From an uncultured virus (IMG/VR IMGVR_UViG_3300031857_015429) (taxonomy: Duplodnaviria > Heunggongvirae > Uroviricota > Caudoviricetes): DNA of 64,000 nucleotides. The DNA is taken from the IMG/VR virus record IMGVR_UViG_3300031857_015429, positions 1-64,000 of that record; one strand, written 5' to 3'. The stretch's first letter is position 1, and every line of letters starts with the position of its first letter. Under the pieces are notes generated by a model. That model was not told where the DNA came from, ran no database searches, and worked only from the letters and a program-made list of their open reading frames with translations. The translations under genes and the position numbers were made by a program. Below are positions 40,079 to 50,574 of this stretch, one piece after another.

Positions 40079-40680
40079 CAAATCCTGAAAATTACAATTT
40101 CTACAACGAAAAAATGAAAGAAATTGATGAGATTATGAAATTAACTAAAGATGATGACGTTGGAGATTTTGACTCAATAATGGACGAATTTGGTGTTGAT
40201 TTTAGTGAAATTGAAAAGGCATTTAATGAATATGAACCAACACTTGATTTAGGGTATACTAAGTTAAATGAAAATGCAATTGACCCGTTCTATAATTATT
40301 CAAGTGATTCTGGATTTGATTTATATTCAACCGAGGAAATAGAAATACCTTCTTTTGGTAGAGTTTTAGTTCCGACAGGTCTTTCATTTGATATTAAAGA
40401 TGGGTACGAAATTCAAGTTAGGTCTAAAAGCGGCTTAGCGATTAAACAAGGACTAATGGTTCTTAACTCACCAGGAACTGTTGACAATGGATATACAGGT
40501 GAAGTTCAAGTAATTGTATTTAACACAAATAATCACCCTGTAACGATAACTAAAGGTATGAAGGTTGCTCAAGCAGTTCTTTGCCCTGTTGTTAATGGAA
40601 AGTGGGTTAATTTGGTTGAAAAAGAAAAAATAAACGAAAAAGAAAGAGGTGATAACGGATTTGGAAGTACAGGGATATGA
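40075..40680 (+). CDS. dut: Trimeric dUTPase with acidic N-terminal extension
   Basis: SGFDL, VRSKSGLA, NSPGTVDNGYTGE, KVAQAV, RGDNGFGSTG. Confidence 0.95.
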   Translation: MTNPENYNFYNEKMKEIDEIMKLTKDDDVGDFDSIMDEFGVDFSEIEKAFNEYEPTLDLGYTKLNENAIDPFYNYSSDSGFDLYSTEEIEIPSFGRVLVPTGLSFDIKDGYEIQVRSKSGLAIKQGLMVLNSPGTVDNGYTGEVQVIVFNTNNHPVTITKGMKVAQAVLCPVVNGKWVNLVEKEKINEKERGDNGFGSTGI

Positions 40681-40847
40681 AAAGTAAAAAAGAAATAGAG
40701 TGTGAGATTGAAAAGGTGAAGTCTGAAATTGCCATGTCAAATATGAATGATGGGTGGTGGAATGGGTATATGACAGAAAAATTAGATAAGTTAAAGAAAT
40801 TATTAGAAGAAAACGAAGATGATAACAATAATTTACTCAACACATAA
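40677..40847 (+). CDS. Small hypothetical protein (56 aa, not in the ORF track)
   Basis: ATGA overlap with the dut stop; MKSKKEIECEIEKVKSEIAMSNMNDGWWNGYMTEKLDKLKKLLEENEDDNNNLLNT*. Confidence 0.55.
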   Translation: MKSKKEIECEIEKVKSEIAMSNMNDGWWNGYMTEKLDKLKKLLEENEDDNNNLLNT

Positions 40848-42327
40848 AGATAAAGAATACAACGATAAGTTTAATGACCATCTTGTGTTAACATCAGGAC
40901 TTCAATGGGTACAGGTTTTACCTTACGTAAACCATAACGAATACTCATTATCCGAACTTTACAATAAAGGAATAAAAGATGCCAAGTATGATATTGTTGT
41001 ATGTTGTCATAACGATATTAAACTTGAAAAAAATTGGGGTAAAAAATTGTTAGAGGATTTTTCTAACAACCCTGAATTCGGTATAATTGGTAAGGCTGGT
41101 AGTTGTTATTTTCCTGAGTCGGGTGTGTATTGGGAAAGATTAAAACAAACTATGGTTGGTCAAGTTTATCATCATCCTGACGGTCATAAAAAGTTTTTAA
41201 GTAAATACTCACCAAAATTACCATTCTTAGTTCCTGTCGTAAGTATTGATGGTTTATTTATGGCATTTGACAAAACAAAGATAATACATAAATTTGATGA
41301 GACCATGGGACGTTTCCATTTTTATGACCATAGTTTTTGTTTACCTAATTATGTTGATGGTGTTAAGATAGGTGTTACCTCATCATTTGAAATAACCCAC
41401 CAATCGGTTGGGAAACCGAATCAAGAATTTTATGAAACCAAAGAAAAATTTATTAATAAATTCAGGTCAATTTTACCGTTAGATTTAAAACCTGAATCAA
41501 TATATGTTCCTGAAATTAAAGAAAAACAAATTAAAAATGTTGGTAAAGTTGCGGTCATCATCCCAACAAAAAGTAAATTAAATTTATTATTTGATTGTGT
41601 TGATTCATTTCACGAACACTGTAATACATTGTTATATGATATTTTTATTGCCGATACAGGTTCGTCAGTTGAAGAAAAGGAATTAATTAAAATAAGGTAT
41701 GAAAATACAAATGTTAAATTAATAGAATTTGATTATTATAATTTTGCTAAGATAAATAATGAAGTAGTAAAACATCATATTGGAAATGAATATGAATTTA
41801 TCCTATTCTGTAACAATGACATTAAGTTGTTGAACAATGCGATTTATGGTATGTTGAAAGTTTTTAAAGAAAAAACTAAGGTCGGAACTGTTGGGGGTAG
41901 ACTTCATTTTGAAAATAAAACCATTCAGCATGATGGAATTATACTTTTTGTTGATAAAAGTGGTAATATCCGATTGAGTCATAAAAATTTAACAAATTAT
42001 TATAATTATTCTACAACCCTAACTAAGGAAACGGGTAATACAGGTGGGTTATTGATGATTAAGAAAGACATTTTTGAAAAATGTGGGTATTTTAATGAAA
42101 ACTATATTAGTTGTTTAGAAGATGTTGAGTTAAATTTAAAATGTGTGACATTGGGGTTGACAAATTATTGTGATGGAAACATTGTTGCATATCATTATGA
42201 AAGTCAAACAAGGAACGAGGATAGTGATAATTTAAAAAAATTACAACAAGATTACCATAACAATTTATTACCGTTTATGTTAGATAATTTCGACAAAATT
42301 AAAGAATGTTTTTTAAATATGAATTAA
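40819..42327 (+). CDS. Bifunctional GT2-family glycosyltransferase (two GT-A domains)
   Basis: Domain 1: YNKGI, CHND, IDGLF, FHFYD. Domain 2: VIIPT, IADTGS, NFAKINN, CNND, EDVELNL, HYESQTR. Confidence 0.85.
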   Translation: MITIIYSTHKDKEYNDKFNDHLVLTSGLQWVQVLPYVNHNEYSLSELYNKGIKDAKYDIVVCCHNDIKLEKNWGKKLLEDFSNNPEFGIIGKAGSCYFPESGVYWERLKQTMVGQVYHHPDGHKKFLSKYSPKLPFLVPVVSIDGLFMAFDKTKIIHKFDETMGRFHFYDHSFCLPNYVDGVKIGVTSSFEITHQSVGKPNQEFYETKEKFINKFRSILPLDLKPESIYVPEIKEKQIKNVGKVAVIIPTKSKLNLLFDCVDSFHEHCNTLLYDIFIADTGSSVEEKELIKIRYENTNVKLIEFDYYNFAKINNEVVKHHIGNEYEFILFCNNDIKLLNNAIYGMLKVFKEKTKVGTVGGRLHFENKTIQHDGIILFVDKSGNIRLSHKNLTNYYNYSTTLTKETGNTGGLLMIKKDIFEKCGYFNENYISCLEDVELNLKCVTLGLTNYCDGNIVAYHYESQTRNEDSDNLKKLQQDYHNNLLPFMLDNFDKIKECFLNMN

Positions 42328-42328
42328 A

Positions 42329-42583
42329 ATGGAAACAATAGGAAACTTAATAGATAAATTAACTGTGACCAATATTAGAATTTGGATGGCTGAGGATATT
42401 AAACGAAATGTTAACGCTACTGATTCTGAAATATCTAACGCAACCAAAATAACTAATATTGCTAACCAACAAAGAAATGATTTAATACAAGAAATTGATG
42501 AAATGATTAACGATATTGTAATAAATCAAAAACCTCAAAAATTATATAAACAAGGCAGTAACAAAATGTATGGAAAAAATTAA
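42329..42583 (+). CDS. Small helical hypothetical protein of glycan loci
   Basis: ETIGNLIDKLTVTNIRIW...NQQRNDLIQEID. Confidence 0.6.
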   Translation: METIGNLIDKLTVTNIRIWMAEDIKRNVNATDSEISNATKITNIANQQRNDLIQEIDEMINDIVINQKPQKLYKQGSNKMYGKN

Positions 42584-43343
42584 TTTTATATGTGGGGGAA
42601 AAACGGGTGACTTATTACATAACCTAATGGTTATAAAATTAATATGCGAAAAAAATAACAAAAAAGGTGTTTTATATATAACAAACTTATCCGAATATGG
42701 TGGGGATGGGTTTCATTTTGATATGCACAGTACATATTATGATTTAGAACCATTTATAATGTCTCAAATTTATATTAATTCATTCCACTTACTAAGAGAA
42801 GGGGATGTTGTTGAGGATTATATAAACTTAAATCAATGGAGGTGGTCCAAATTGTTCTTCAAATCTAACTGGATTGATATGCTTTGTGATAACTATAATT
42901 TAGAACCTCCTAAAACACCCTGGGTTCAATCTGATAAAATTGAGGGTCTTGAGGATTCTATTCTAATCCACAGAAGTTTACACAGACATACAGTCCTTTT
43001 TCCTTGGGAAAAATTAGTAAACGAAAATAAATGTAAATTTATTACTAATATTAACACGCTACATGAATATGAGTCATTCCCATATAAAGATAAGGTTGAA
43101 TTGATTCACTGTAATTCATTTAATGAACTTGTACAATCAATTAATTCGTGTAAATTTTTTATAGGTAATATGTCAACCCCATTAGCAATTGCCCACTGTT
43201 TGGGGAAACCTCATTTGGGTGAACTAATCATACCCGATGAAACTCATTATATTGGGGATGAGAAATATATTAATGATTATTATTATATAACCTATGGGGG
43301 TTATAAACATTTAAATGGTATTGAAAAGTTCATTAATATATGA
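42570..43343 (+). CDS. GT9-like (GT-B) glycosyltransferase
   Basis: GKTGDLLH and ELVQSINSCKFFIGNMSTPLAIAHCLGKP. Confidence 0.6.
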   Translation: MEKINFICGGKTGDLLHNLMVIKLICEKNNKKGVLYITNLSEYGGDGFHFDMHSTYYDLEPFIMSQIYINSFHLLREGDVVEDYINLNQWRWSKLFFKSNWIDMLCDNYNLEPPKTPWVQSDKIEGLEDSILIHRSLHRHTVLFPWEKLVNENKCKFITNINTLHEYESFPYKDKVELIHCNSFNELVQSINSCKFFIGNMSTPLAIAHCLGKPHLGELIIPDETHYIGDEKYINDYYYITYGGYKHLNGIEKFINI

Positions 43344-44281
43344 TTAAAATACTAATAACAGGCCCTTTAGGTCAGGATGGTATATTGTTAACCGAAATAA
43401 TTCAAGAAGATTATGAATTGCACGGGGTTTGTAGAATGATGACCCCGATTGAGAGGTTAAAAGAACATAATAAAAAATTCAATATTAATTTATGTTTATC
43501 AGAATTGTCAGATTTTAATTATGTAAATCAATTAATAAAAACAATTAAACCAGATGTGGTTGTTAATTTTGCAGGAGAAACTGATGTTATAAATCCATGG
43601 GAAGACACTTACAGAACATTTGAACATAATTACATTATTCCCTCAAATATATTAAATTCAATTGTTAAACAAAATAAAGATATTTTTTTCTTTCAGGCAT
43701 CTTCATCATTAATGTATGGAAGGTCAAATGAAAAAATAATTACCGAAGAAAGTAAAACATCTCCAATGTACCCTTATGGGATTTCAAAATTAGCGGTCCA
43801 TAATTTAATGTCCGAATATAGAATTAAATACGGTATTAAATGTTCTTCAGGTATATTTTTTAATCATGAATCCTATTATAGAAGTGATAAATTTGTTAGT
43901 AAAAAAATATCATCATTAGTTGGTCAAATAATTAAGGGAGAAAACAAAAAAATAAAATTATACGGTTTAAATTTTAATAGAGATATTAGCCATGCTAAAG
44001 ATTTTATGAGTGGAGTTAAATTAATTATTGACAATAAAATCAATGACGATTTTGTTTTTAGTAGTGGTGTATCAACTAATATGTTTGAGTTTGCTAAAAA
44101 ATTTTTTACCCTACATAATTTAAATTTTTATGACTATATTGATTATGAAGAATCAAAAAATTTATCTATTGATTATAATATAATTGGTAATAATTTTAAA
44201 CTTAAATCAATTGGGTGGGAACCAAAATATAATGTTGATGAGTTAATAATTGACATGATAAAAAAAGAATTAAAAAAATAA
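43340..44281 (+). CDS. Divergent Gmd-like NDP-sugar SDR enzyme
   Basis: LITGPLGQDG, YGISK (YxxxK), GIFFNHES, RDISHAKD; SSSL where Gmd has SSSE. Confidence 0.8.
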   Translation: MIKILITGPLGQDGILLTEIIQEDYELHGVCRMMTPIERLKEHNKKFNINLCLSELSDFNYVNQLIKTIKPDVVVNFAGETDVINPWEDTYRTFEHNYIIPSNILNSIVKQNKDIFFFQASSSLMYGRSNEKIITEESKTSPMYPYGISKLAVHNLMSEYRIKYGIKCSSGIFFNHESYYRSDKFVSKKISSLVGQIIKGENKKIKLYGLNFNRDISHAKDFMSGVKLIIDNKINDDFVFSSGVSTNMFEFAKKFFTLHNLNFYDYIDYEESKNLSIDYNIIGNNFKLKSIGWEPKYNVDELIIDMIKKELKK

Positions 44282-44283
44282 AA

Positions 44284-45216
44284 ATGAGTATATTATATAT
44301 CAATCATTCAAAATCACAGTGTGGTGTATATGAAATTGGTAAGAGGATTTATGACCTTTTAGATAAAAACATTTTACCTGTTAAGTATTTTGAAACCCCT
44401 GTAAATGGGGAATCGGAATATAGGTCAATTATGGAAAATGAAAAACCTAATTATGTATTGTATAATTATTACCTAAGTACATTACCATATATACATAAAG
44501 GTCTTTTTAATGAGTATCCCAATGCTAAACATATCGGTATAATCCATGACCCACTAACTCCTGAAATGGTTAGTTTTTACAACACAACTTTTGATTGTTG
44601 GGTGATTCATGACGATACTAATCAAACTATAAGTGATAATAAATTTACGACTATTAGACCAATAAGAAGGTTTACAAAACAAAAAAATGAAAACAATATT
44701 TTAAATATAGGTTCTCATGGTTTTAGTGTTTCCCCTTGGAAAATGTTTGACAGGATGATTGAACTAATACACGACGAATTTGATGAGGTAAATATTAATA
44801 TGAATATAACTCAAGCTACTTTTGGTGGTGGTGATGATACATATAAATTTAATTTATGGAAAAATATTATTAATAAGAAAAACGTTAATTTAAATATTAC
44901 TAACACTTATTTTGAATCTGAGGATGAGGTTATTAATTTCTTATCTAAAAATGATTTAAATATGTACTTTTATAATCCCCCTCACCCGTTTATCGGGGTT
45001 GGTGGAAGTGCTGATTTGGCGGTAAGTTCGCAATCTAGTTTAGTGGTTAATAATACCTATATGTACCGACATTTTCATAATCACATAGGTTTTTTTGAAC
45101 AAAAAAATAATTTAAAGTCGTTTTTAAAAAACAATACAAAAGTAAAAGAGTTGTACTACTTGTGGTCACCTGAAAGAATGACAAATGATTATAAAAGAAT
45201 GATAGAATCGTTATGA
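44284..45216 (+). CDS. Putative GT-B-like glycosyltransferase (paralog 1)
   Basis: QCGVYEIG, IGSHGF, FLSKNDLNMYFY, GGSADLAVS; 310 aa; glycan-locus context. Confidence 0.45.
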   Translation: MSILYINHSKSQCGVYEIGKRIYDLLDKNILPVKYFETPVNGESEYRSIMENEKPNYVLYNYYLSTLPYIHKGLFNEYPNAKHIGIIHDPLTPEMVSFYNTTFDCWVIHDDTNQTISDNKFTTIRPIRRFTKQKNENNILNIGSHGFSVSPWKMFDRMIELIHDEFDEVNINMNITQATFGGGDDTYKFNLWKNIINKKNVNLNITNTYFESEDEVINFLSKNDLNMYFYNPPHPFIGVGGSADLAVSSQSSLVVNNTYMYRHFHNHIGFFEQKNNLKSFLKNNTKVKELYYLWSPERMTNDYKRMIESL

Positions 45217-46127
45217 AAGATATTTTAATTGTTAATAGACAAACAACTAATTGTGGTGTTCATCAATATGGGTTAAACATATATGAAAGTCTTAAAAAAA
45301 GTAAAAACAACAATTACTATTACTTAGAAACTAATGACGTTACAACTTTAAATAATTTTTTAAATAATAATAAAATAGATATTATTGTTTTTAATTACAT
45401 TATATGGGTTATGGGATGGATAACAGATGAGATAGTTAATCAATTATCGTCACAATATAATTGTTATTTTATTTATCACGATGGTGATTTAAAGTTTTCT
45501 AGTATAAAAGGAATACTATACAATGACCCAACAAAAATTGTTGATAATGTTACTGAACATAATATTAACCGGTGTTTATTTGATTTTAAACCAAGTAAAA
45601 ATAAACAAAATAACGAAAGACCAATTATTTCTTCATTTGGGTTTGGGTTTCCGGATAAAGGATTTCACAATTTAATTAATAAAATTAATGAAGAATATAC
45701 CGATTCTTTAATTAGATTCCATATTCCAAATGCAAATGTTGACATAAATAACCATTTGAAAACCGAAACTTTAAAATTATGTGAGAATATGTTAAATAAT
45801 AAAAATGAATTTATTATTACAGACCATTACATGAGTAATTATGAGTTATTGGAGTGGTTAAATGAAAGTAGTGTGAATTGTTTCTATTATGATAAAAAAC
45901 CATCTAAAGGTATCTCATCTGTTATTGATTACGCATTATCAGTTGATGTACCAATTGCGGTCACTAATTGTAATATGATGAGACATATATTTTGTGATGA
46001 AATTTCTATTGAGAAAAATAAAATTACTGATATAATCAGTGGTGGTTGTTCTCCTTTACTAGAACATAAACTAAAATGGTCAAATGAAAATTTTATAAAT
46101 AATTTTGACAAAATAATGGAACTGTGA
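45213..46127 (+). CDS. Putative GT-B-like glycosyltransferase (paralog 2)
   Basis: NCGVHQYG, ISSFGFGFPDKGF, WLNESSVNCFYY, GISSVIDYALSVDVPIAV. Confidence 0.5.
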   Translation: MKDILIVNRQTTNCGVHQYGLNIYESLKKSKNNNYYYLETNDVTTLNNFLNNNKIDIIVFNYIIWVMGWITDEIVNQLSSQYNCYFIYHDGDLKFSSIKGILYNDPTKIVDNVTEHNINRCLFDFKPSKNKQNNERPIISSFGFGFPDKGFHNLINKINEEYTDSLIRFHIPNANVDINNHLKTETLKLCENMLNNKNEFIITDHYMSNYELLEWLNESSVNCFYYDKKPSKGISSVIDYALSVDVPIAVTNCNMMRHIFCDEISIEKNKITDIISGGCSPLLEHKLKWSNENFINNFDKIMEL

Positions 46128-46185
46128 TTTATTAATTAATAATAATATTACCCTAACAATAATTTAAATAATAAAAAAATGGAAT

Positions 46186-46821
46186 ATGGAGTTTTACGCT
46201 GAATATGATACTGATAAAATAATTAGAGAAAAATATTTTTCAGATTACGAATATAAAGGATTAATCGTTGAGGTTGGGGGTGCGACTCCTGAGTTTTTAT
46301 CAATGTCAAAACACTTTAAAGATAACGGTTGGAGGTCAATTATAATTGAACCTAACCCTACTTTTGTAGAACAACATAAAGAGGTTGGTAACGAAGTGTA
46401 TGAATTTGCATGTTCTTATGAAGATAGAGATGGTGAATTTACTATAGTTCATCAAGAGGTAAACGCGTATGGGGGAGTTGTAACCGACCACTCATTTTCT
46501 TCTATTGACGTTAAAGAAAGTTATCTAAATAACACTAATTTTATTTTAACAGATAAAAATAGTGAAAAAATAAAAGTCAAAATAAAAAAACTAGACACGA
46601 TATTAGGTGAACTCAATATTAATAAGGTTGATATCTTATCAATTGATGTTGAAGGTTGGGAAATTGAGGTTATGAGAGGTCTAAATACTAAAAATATTGA
46701 TTGTAAATTAATTGTCGTTGAAAATTTTTTAAATGATGATTCATATAAGAATTATTTTGAAAGTATTGGGTATTATCTATCCGACATCGTTGATTATAAT
46801 CAAATATATATAAAAAAGTAA
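46186..46821 (+). CDS. FkbM-family methyltransferase
   Basis: VEVGG, IEPNP, KLDTIL, ILSIDVEGWE. Confidence 0.85.
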   Translation: MEFYAEYDTDKIIREKYFSDYEYKGLIVEVGGATPEFLSMSKHFKDNGWRSIIIEPNPTFVEQHKEVGNEVYEFACSYEDRDGEFTIVHQEVNAYGGVVTDHSFSSIDVKESYLNNTNFILTDKNSEKIKVKIKKLDTILGELNINKVDILSIDVEGWEIEVMRGLNTKNIDCKLIVVENFLNDDSYKNYFESIGYYLSDIVDYNQIYIKK

Positions 46822-46823
46822 AA

Positions 46824-47432
46824 ATGTATTATTCACAATCTAATCAAGACAAATGGGTCGCAGAATTTTTAGAATTCAAAAAAAATGGGTACTTTATTGA
46901 GGTTGGTGCTTATGATGGAATTCAAACAAGTAATACTTATTTTTTTGAGAAAAATTTTAATTGGTCAGGAATATGTATTGAAGCTAATCCGTCAGTTTTT
47001 AATTCATTGATTAAAAACAGGAAATCGGTAAACGTCAACAAGGCGGTAACTGATTATAAAGGTACTTGTAATTTTAATGCTAATGAATATAAAATAACTA
47101 ATGAAGGTATCAGTATTGATTGTGACACTCTTTTAAATATATTAGACGAAAATAATGCACCAAACGTTATTGATTATTTATCTATAGATATTGAAGGTTA
47201 CGAATATATCGCATTAAAAGAGTTTGATTTTATCAAATATGAGATTGGTCTGATTACTGTAGAACATAATCTTTATTGTGATGGTGATACTCGTAAAAAT
47301 CAAATTTTTGAACTTTTAACTAAAAACGGGTTTTCTAGAGTTGTTGATAACGCTCCGTGTTTAGACCCAAATCCTGAATGGTATAACAAACCATATGAAG
47401 ATTGGTATGTTAATAATAAATTATTAAAATAA
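46824..47432 (+). CDS. FkbM-family methyltransferase
   Basis: YSQSNQD, FIEVGAYDG..SNT, WSGICIEAN, IDYLSIDIEGYE. Confidence 0.9.
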   Translation: MYYSQSNQDKWVAEFLEFKKNGYFIEVGAYDGIQTSNTYFFEKNFNWSGICIEANPSVFNSLIKNRKSVNVNKAVTDYKGTCNFNANEYKITNEGISIDCDTLLNILDENNAPNVIDYLSIDIEGYEYIALKEFDFIKYEIGLITVEHNLYCDGDTRKNQIFELLTKNGFSRVVDNAPCLDPNPEWYNKPYEDWYVNNKLLK

Positions 47433-47440
47433 TAAAACTT

Positions 47441-48661
47441 ATGAAAGAATTATTTACACTAGGAGATTTATATGTTTCTGACTTTTTAAAAGATGGTGAA
47501 TCCCCAAGAGGTGGTTCAGTAGAGATGAAAATGATGTTAGAACCTGAAACGGGTGCGGTTAGATTAGAAAAAATAGCACCTTTAGATACTATGTATGGAA
47601 AATATTGGTATAGGTCAGGAATTAATAATACCATGAAAAAAGAATTAAAATCAATTGTTAATTCAATAACTGACATTGTTAAATTAAACGAAAATGATTT
47701 ATGGGTGGATATCGCATGTAATGATGGTACATTATTGAGTAATGTACCCGATAACTTAATTAAAGTCGGTATAGACCCAGTTGATGATTCATTTAAAAGA
47801 GAATCCGAAAAACATGCCAATTTAATTATTCAGGATTATTTCACGTCAAAGGTTTTTAAAGAAAGTAAATTTGGAAAATTAAAGGCAAAGGTTATAACTA
47901 CCATTGCAATGTTTTATGATTTAGAAGACCCTAAAAGTTTTGTAAATGATATCGTTGAAATTTTGGACGATAATGGAGTATGGGTATTACAATTATCATA
48001 CACACCATTGATGATTGAGCAATTAGCCTTTGATAACATTTGCCATGAACATGTATATTACTATTCATTGTTTAATATCCAAAAAATATTTAAAGAATGT
48101 GGTATTGATATAGTTGATATACAACTTAATGACACTAACGGAGGGTCTTTTAGAATTTATTGTATGAAAGAAAATTCCGATAAAACTAAATTCGGAACTC
48201 AGCCTTATCGTGATATTTGTAATTTCAGATTAAAATCTACGTTAGAATATGAAAGAACATTAGGTTTAGATAAAGAAGAGGTTTGGTTAAAATTTTTTGA
48301 TAGGATTAACGATTTAAAAGAAAAAACAATCTCCTTTATTAAGGAAGAAAAATCCAAAGGAAAAACAATTTGGGGCTATGGGGCATCAACTAAAGGTAAT
48401 ACTCTTTTACAATATTTTGGATTAGACCATACTTTGATTGACGGTATTGCTGAAAGAAGTATATACAAGTTCGGACTTAAAACAGTCGGTACTAACATTC
48501 CTATTTATTCTGAAGATGAAATGAGAAAGGCTAAACCTGATTATTTGTTAGTACTACCTTGGCATTTTATAAATGAGTTTGTTGAAAGAGAGTCAGAATT
48601 TTTAAAAAGTGGGGGTAAATTTATTGTTCCTTGCCCCACTTTTGAAATTATTGGGATGTGA
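47441..48661 (+). CDS. NDP-sugar C-methyltransferase
   Basis: YWYRSG, DIACNDGTLL, FDNICHEHVYYYS, NGGSFR, GYGASTKGNTLL, PDYLLVLPWHF. Confidence 0.85.
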   Translation: MKELFTLGDLYVSDFLKDGESPRGGSVEMKMMLEPETGAVRLEKIAPLDTMYGKYWYRSGINNTMKKELKSIVNSITDIVKLNENDLWVDIACNDGTLLSNVPDNLIKVGIDPVDDSFKRESEKHANLIIQDYFTSKVFKESKFGKLKAKVITTIAMFYDLEDPKSFVNDIVEILDDNGVWVLQLSYTPLMIEQLAFDNICHEHVYYYSLFNIQKIFKECGIDIVDIQLNDTNGGSFRIYCMKENSDKTKFGTQPYRDICNFRLKSTLEYERTLGLDKEEVWLKFFDRINDLKEKTISFIKEEKSKGKTIWGYGASTKGNTLLQYFGLDHTLIDGIAERSIYKFGLKTVGTNIPIYSEDEMRKAKPDYLLVLPWHFINEFVERESEFLKSGGKFIVPCPTFEIIGM

Positions 48662-49572
48662 TGGGAAATATTTTAGTAACAGGGGGTTATGGTCTTGTTG
48701 GTTCTGAATTTAATGGGGATAATTATACCCCATTATCGTCAAGTAAATGTGATTTAAGAAATAGAACCGAAATTGACGAGGTGTTAAATAAGATAAAATT
48801 TGACTCCATAATTCATTGTGCTGGTAGAGTTGGGGGTGTTGGTGGAAATATGAACTATAAAGGTGAATTTTTTCACGATAATATAATGATGAATACGAAT
48901 GTTATTGAATCAGCAAGGGTTCACGGTATTAAAAATCTTGTTGCTTTTTTATCCACATGTGTATTCCCCGACAATATAGAATATCCTTTAACTGAGAATA
49001 AAATACATTTAGGACCACCTCATTTTTCAAACGACGCATATGCATATGCCAAAAGAATGACAGATATTCAGATACGAGCATATAGAGAACAATACGGATT
49101 AAATTATAAATCGGTTATACCCACTAATATCTATGGTCCAAATGACAACTACAATATTGAAAATGGTCATGTCATACCTTCATTAATTCATAAATGTTAT
49201 TTAGCCAAAAAAAATAACACTCCGTTTGAAATTTGGGGGTCAGGAAATTCATTAAGGGAGTTCATTTTTAGTGAAGATGTTGCAAAATTAACTGAATGGG
49301 TTTTATATAACTACACTGAATCCGAACCAATTATTTTATCAACTTCACAAGAAATATCAATTAAAGAAGTTGTCAGTATCATAACTGAAATTATGGAATT
49401 TGAGGGTAAGGTATATTTCAACGTCAATAAACCAGATGGTCAATATAGAAAACCATCAGATAATTCAAAATTAAAAAATTATTTACCCGATTTTAATTTT
49501 ACCCCACTATATGATGGATTAAAAAAAACTATAAAGTACTTTATTAAAAATTATGAGAACGTTAGAAAATAA
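48661..49572 (+). CDS. fcl: GDP-L-fucose synthase
   Basis: LVTGGYGLVG, HCAGRVGG, LSTCVFP, YAYAKR, PTNIYGPNDN, HVIPSL, WGSG..LREF, KPDGQ. Confidence 0.9.
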   Translation: MGNILVTGGYGLVGSEFNGDNYTPLSSSKCDLRNRTEIDEVLNKIKFDSIIHCAGRVGGVGGNMNYKGEFFHDNIMMNTNVIESARVHGIKNLVAFLSTCVFPDNIEYPLTENKIHLGPPHFSNDAYAYAKRMTDIQIRAYREQYGLNYKSVIPTNIYGPNDNYNIENGHVIPSLIHKCYLAKKNNTPFEIWGSGNSLREFIFSEDVAKLTEWVLYNYTESEPIILSTSQEISIKEVVSIITEIMEFEGKVYFNVNKPDGQYRKPSDNSKLKNYLPDFNFTPLYDGLKKTIKYFIKNYENVRK

Positions 49573-50536
49573 AATCGCATTAATTACAGGTATAAACGGA
49601 CAAGACGGTTCATACCTAACAGAATTTTTACTTGACAAGGGTTATGAGGTACACGGGACTTTAAAACGAAACTCAGTTTCTGAAAATCAAACTTCAAGAT
49701 TAGACTCGGTATACGAAAAAATTAAACTACACTATGCCGATATGACAGATTTGTCATCATTAATTCGTGTCATTCAAGAAGTTAGACCCGTTGAAATTTA
49801 CAATTTAGCGGCTCAATCACATGTTAGAATTTCATTTGACCAACCATTATACACGGCAAATGTTACTGGTGTTGGGACATTAAATCTTTTAGAGGCGGTT
49901 AAATTAATTGACCCATCTATAAAAATTTATCAAGCATCATCTTCAGAGATGTTTGGTAATTGTATTGACCAAGATGGGTATCAAAGAGAAACAACTCCAA
50001 TGAATCCTGTATCACCATACGGATGTGCAAAAGTATTCTCATATAACATTTGTAGAAATTATAGAAACTCATATGACATGTTTGTTTCTAATGGGATATT
50101 GTTTAATCACGAATCACCAAGAAGAGGTACTAATTTTGTTACGAATAAAGTATGTAAAGAAGCTGTTAAAATTAAATTAGGTTTATCTAATCAATTAAAA
50201 CTTGGTAATCTTGACGCCACTAGAGATTGGGGCCACGCTAAAGATTATGTTGAGGCGATGTGGATGATTTTACAACAAGATAAACCCGATGATTTTGTTT
50301 GTTCAACGGGTATATCACATTCTGTTAAAGATTTATGTGAATATGTCTTTAATAAGTTAGAATTAGATTTTAGAGAATATGTTACAATTGATGAAAAATT
50401 TTATCGTCCTGAAGAACTTTACGATTTGAAGGGTGATAGTACAAAACTAAAATCAATGACAGGTTGGAGACCAAATTATACTTTTGAATCTATGTTAGAT
50501 GAGATGATTGAATATTGGCTTGAATATTATAAATAA
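49553..50536 (+). CDS. gmd: GDP-mannose 4,6-dehydratase
   Basis: ALITGINGQDGSYL, YNLAAQSHV, QASSSEMFG, SPYGCAK, NGILFNHESPRRG, LGNLDATRDWGHAKDY. Confidence 0.95.
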   Translation: MRTLENKIALITGINGQDGSYLTEFLLDKGYEVHGTLKRNSVSENQTSRLDSVYEKIKLHYADMTDLSSLIRVIQEVRPVEIYNLAAQSHVRISFDQPLYTANVTGVGTLNLLEAVKLIDPSIKIYQASSSEMFGNCIDQDGYQRETTPMNPVSPYGCAKVFSYNICRNYRNSYDMFVSNGILFNHESPRRGTNFVTNKVCKEAVKIKLGLSNQLKLGNLDATRDWGHAKDYVEAMWMILQQDKPDDFVCSTGISHSVKDLCEYVFNKLELDFREYVTIDEKFYRPEELYDLKGDSTKLKSMTGWRPNYTFESMLDEMIEYWLEYYK

Positions 50537-50574
50537 TGGAGTATTATTTAGTTATAAAATTTAATTAAAATAAT

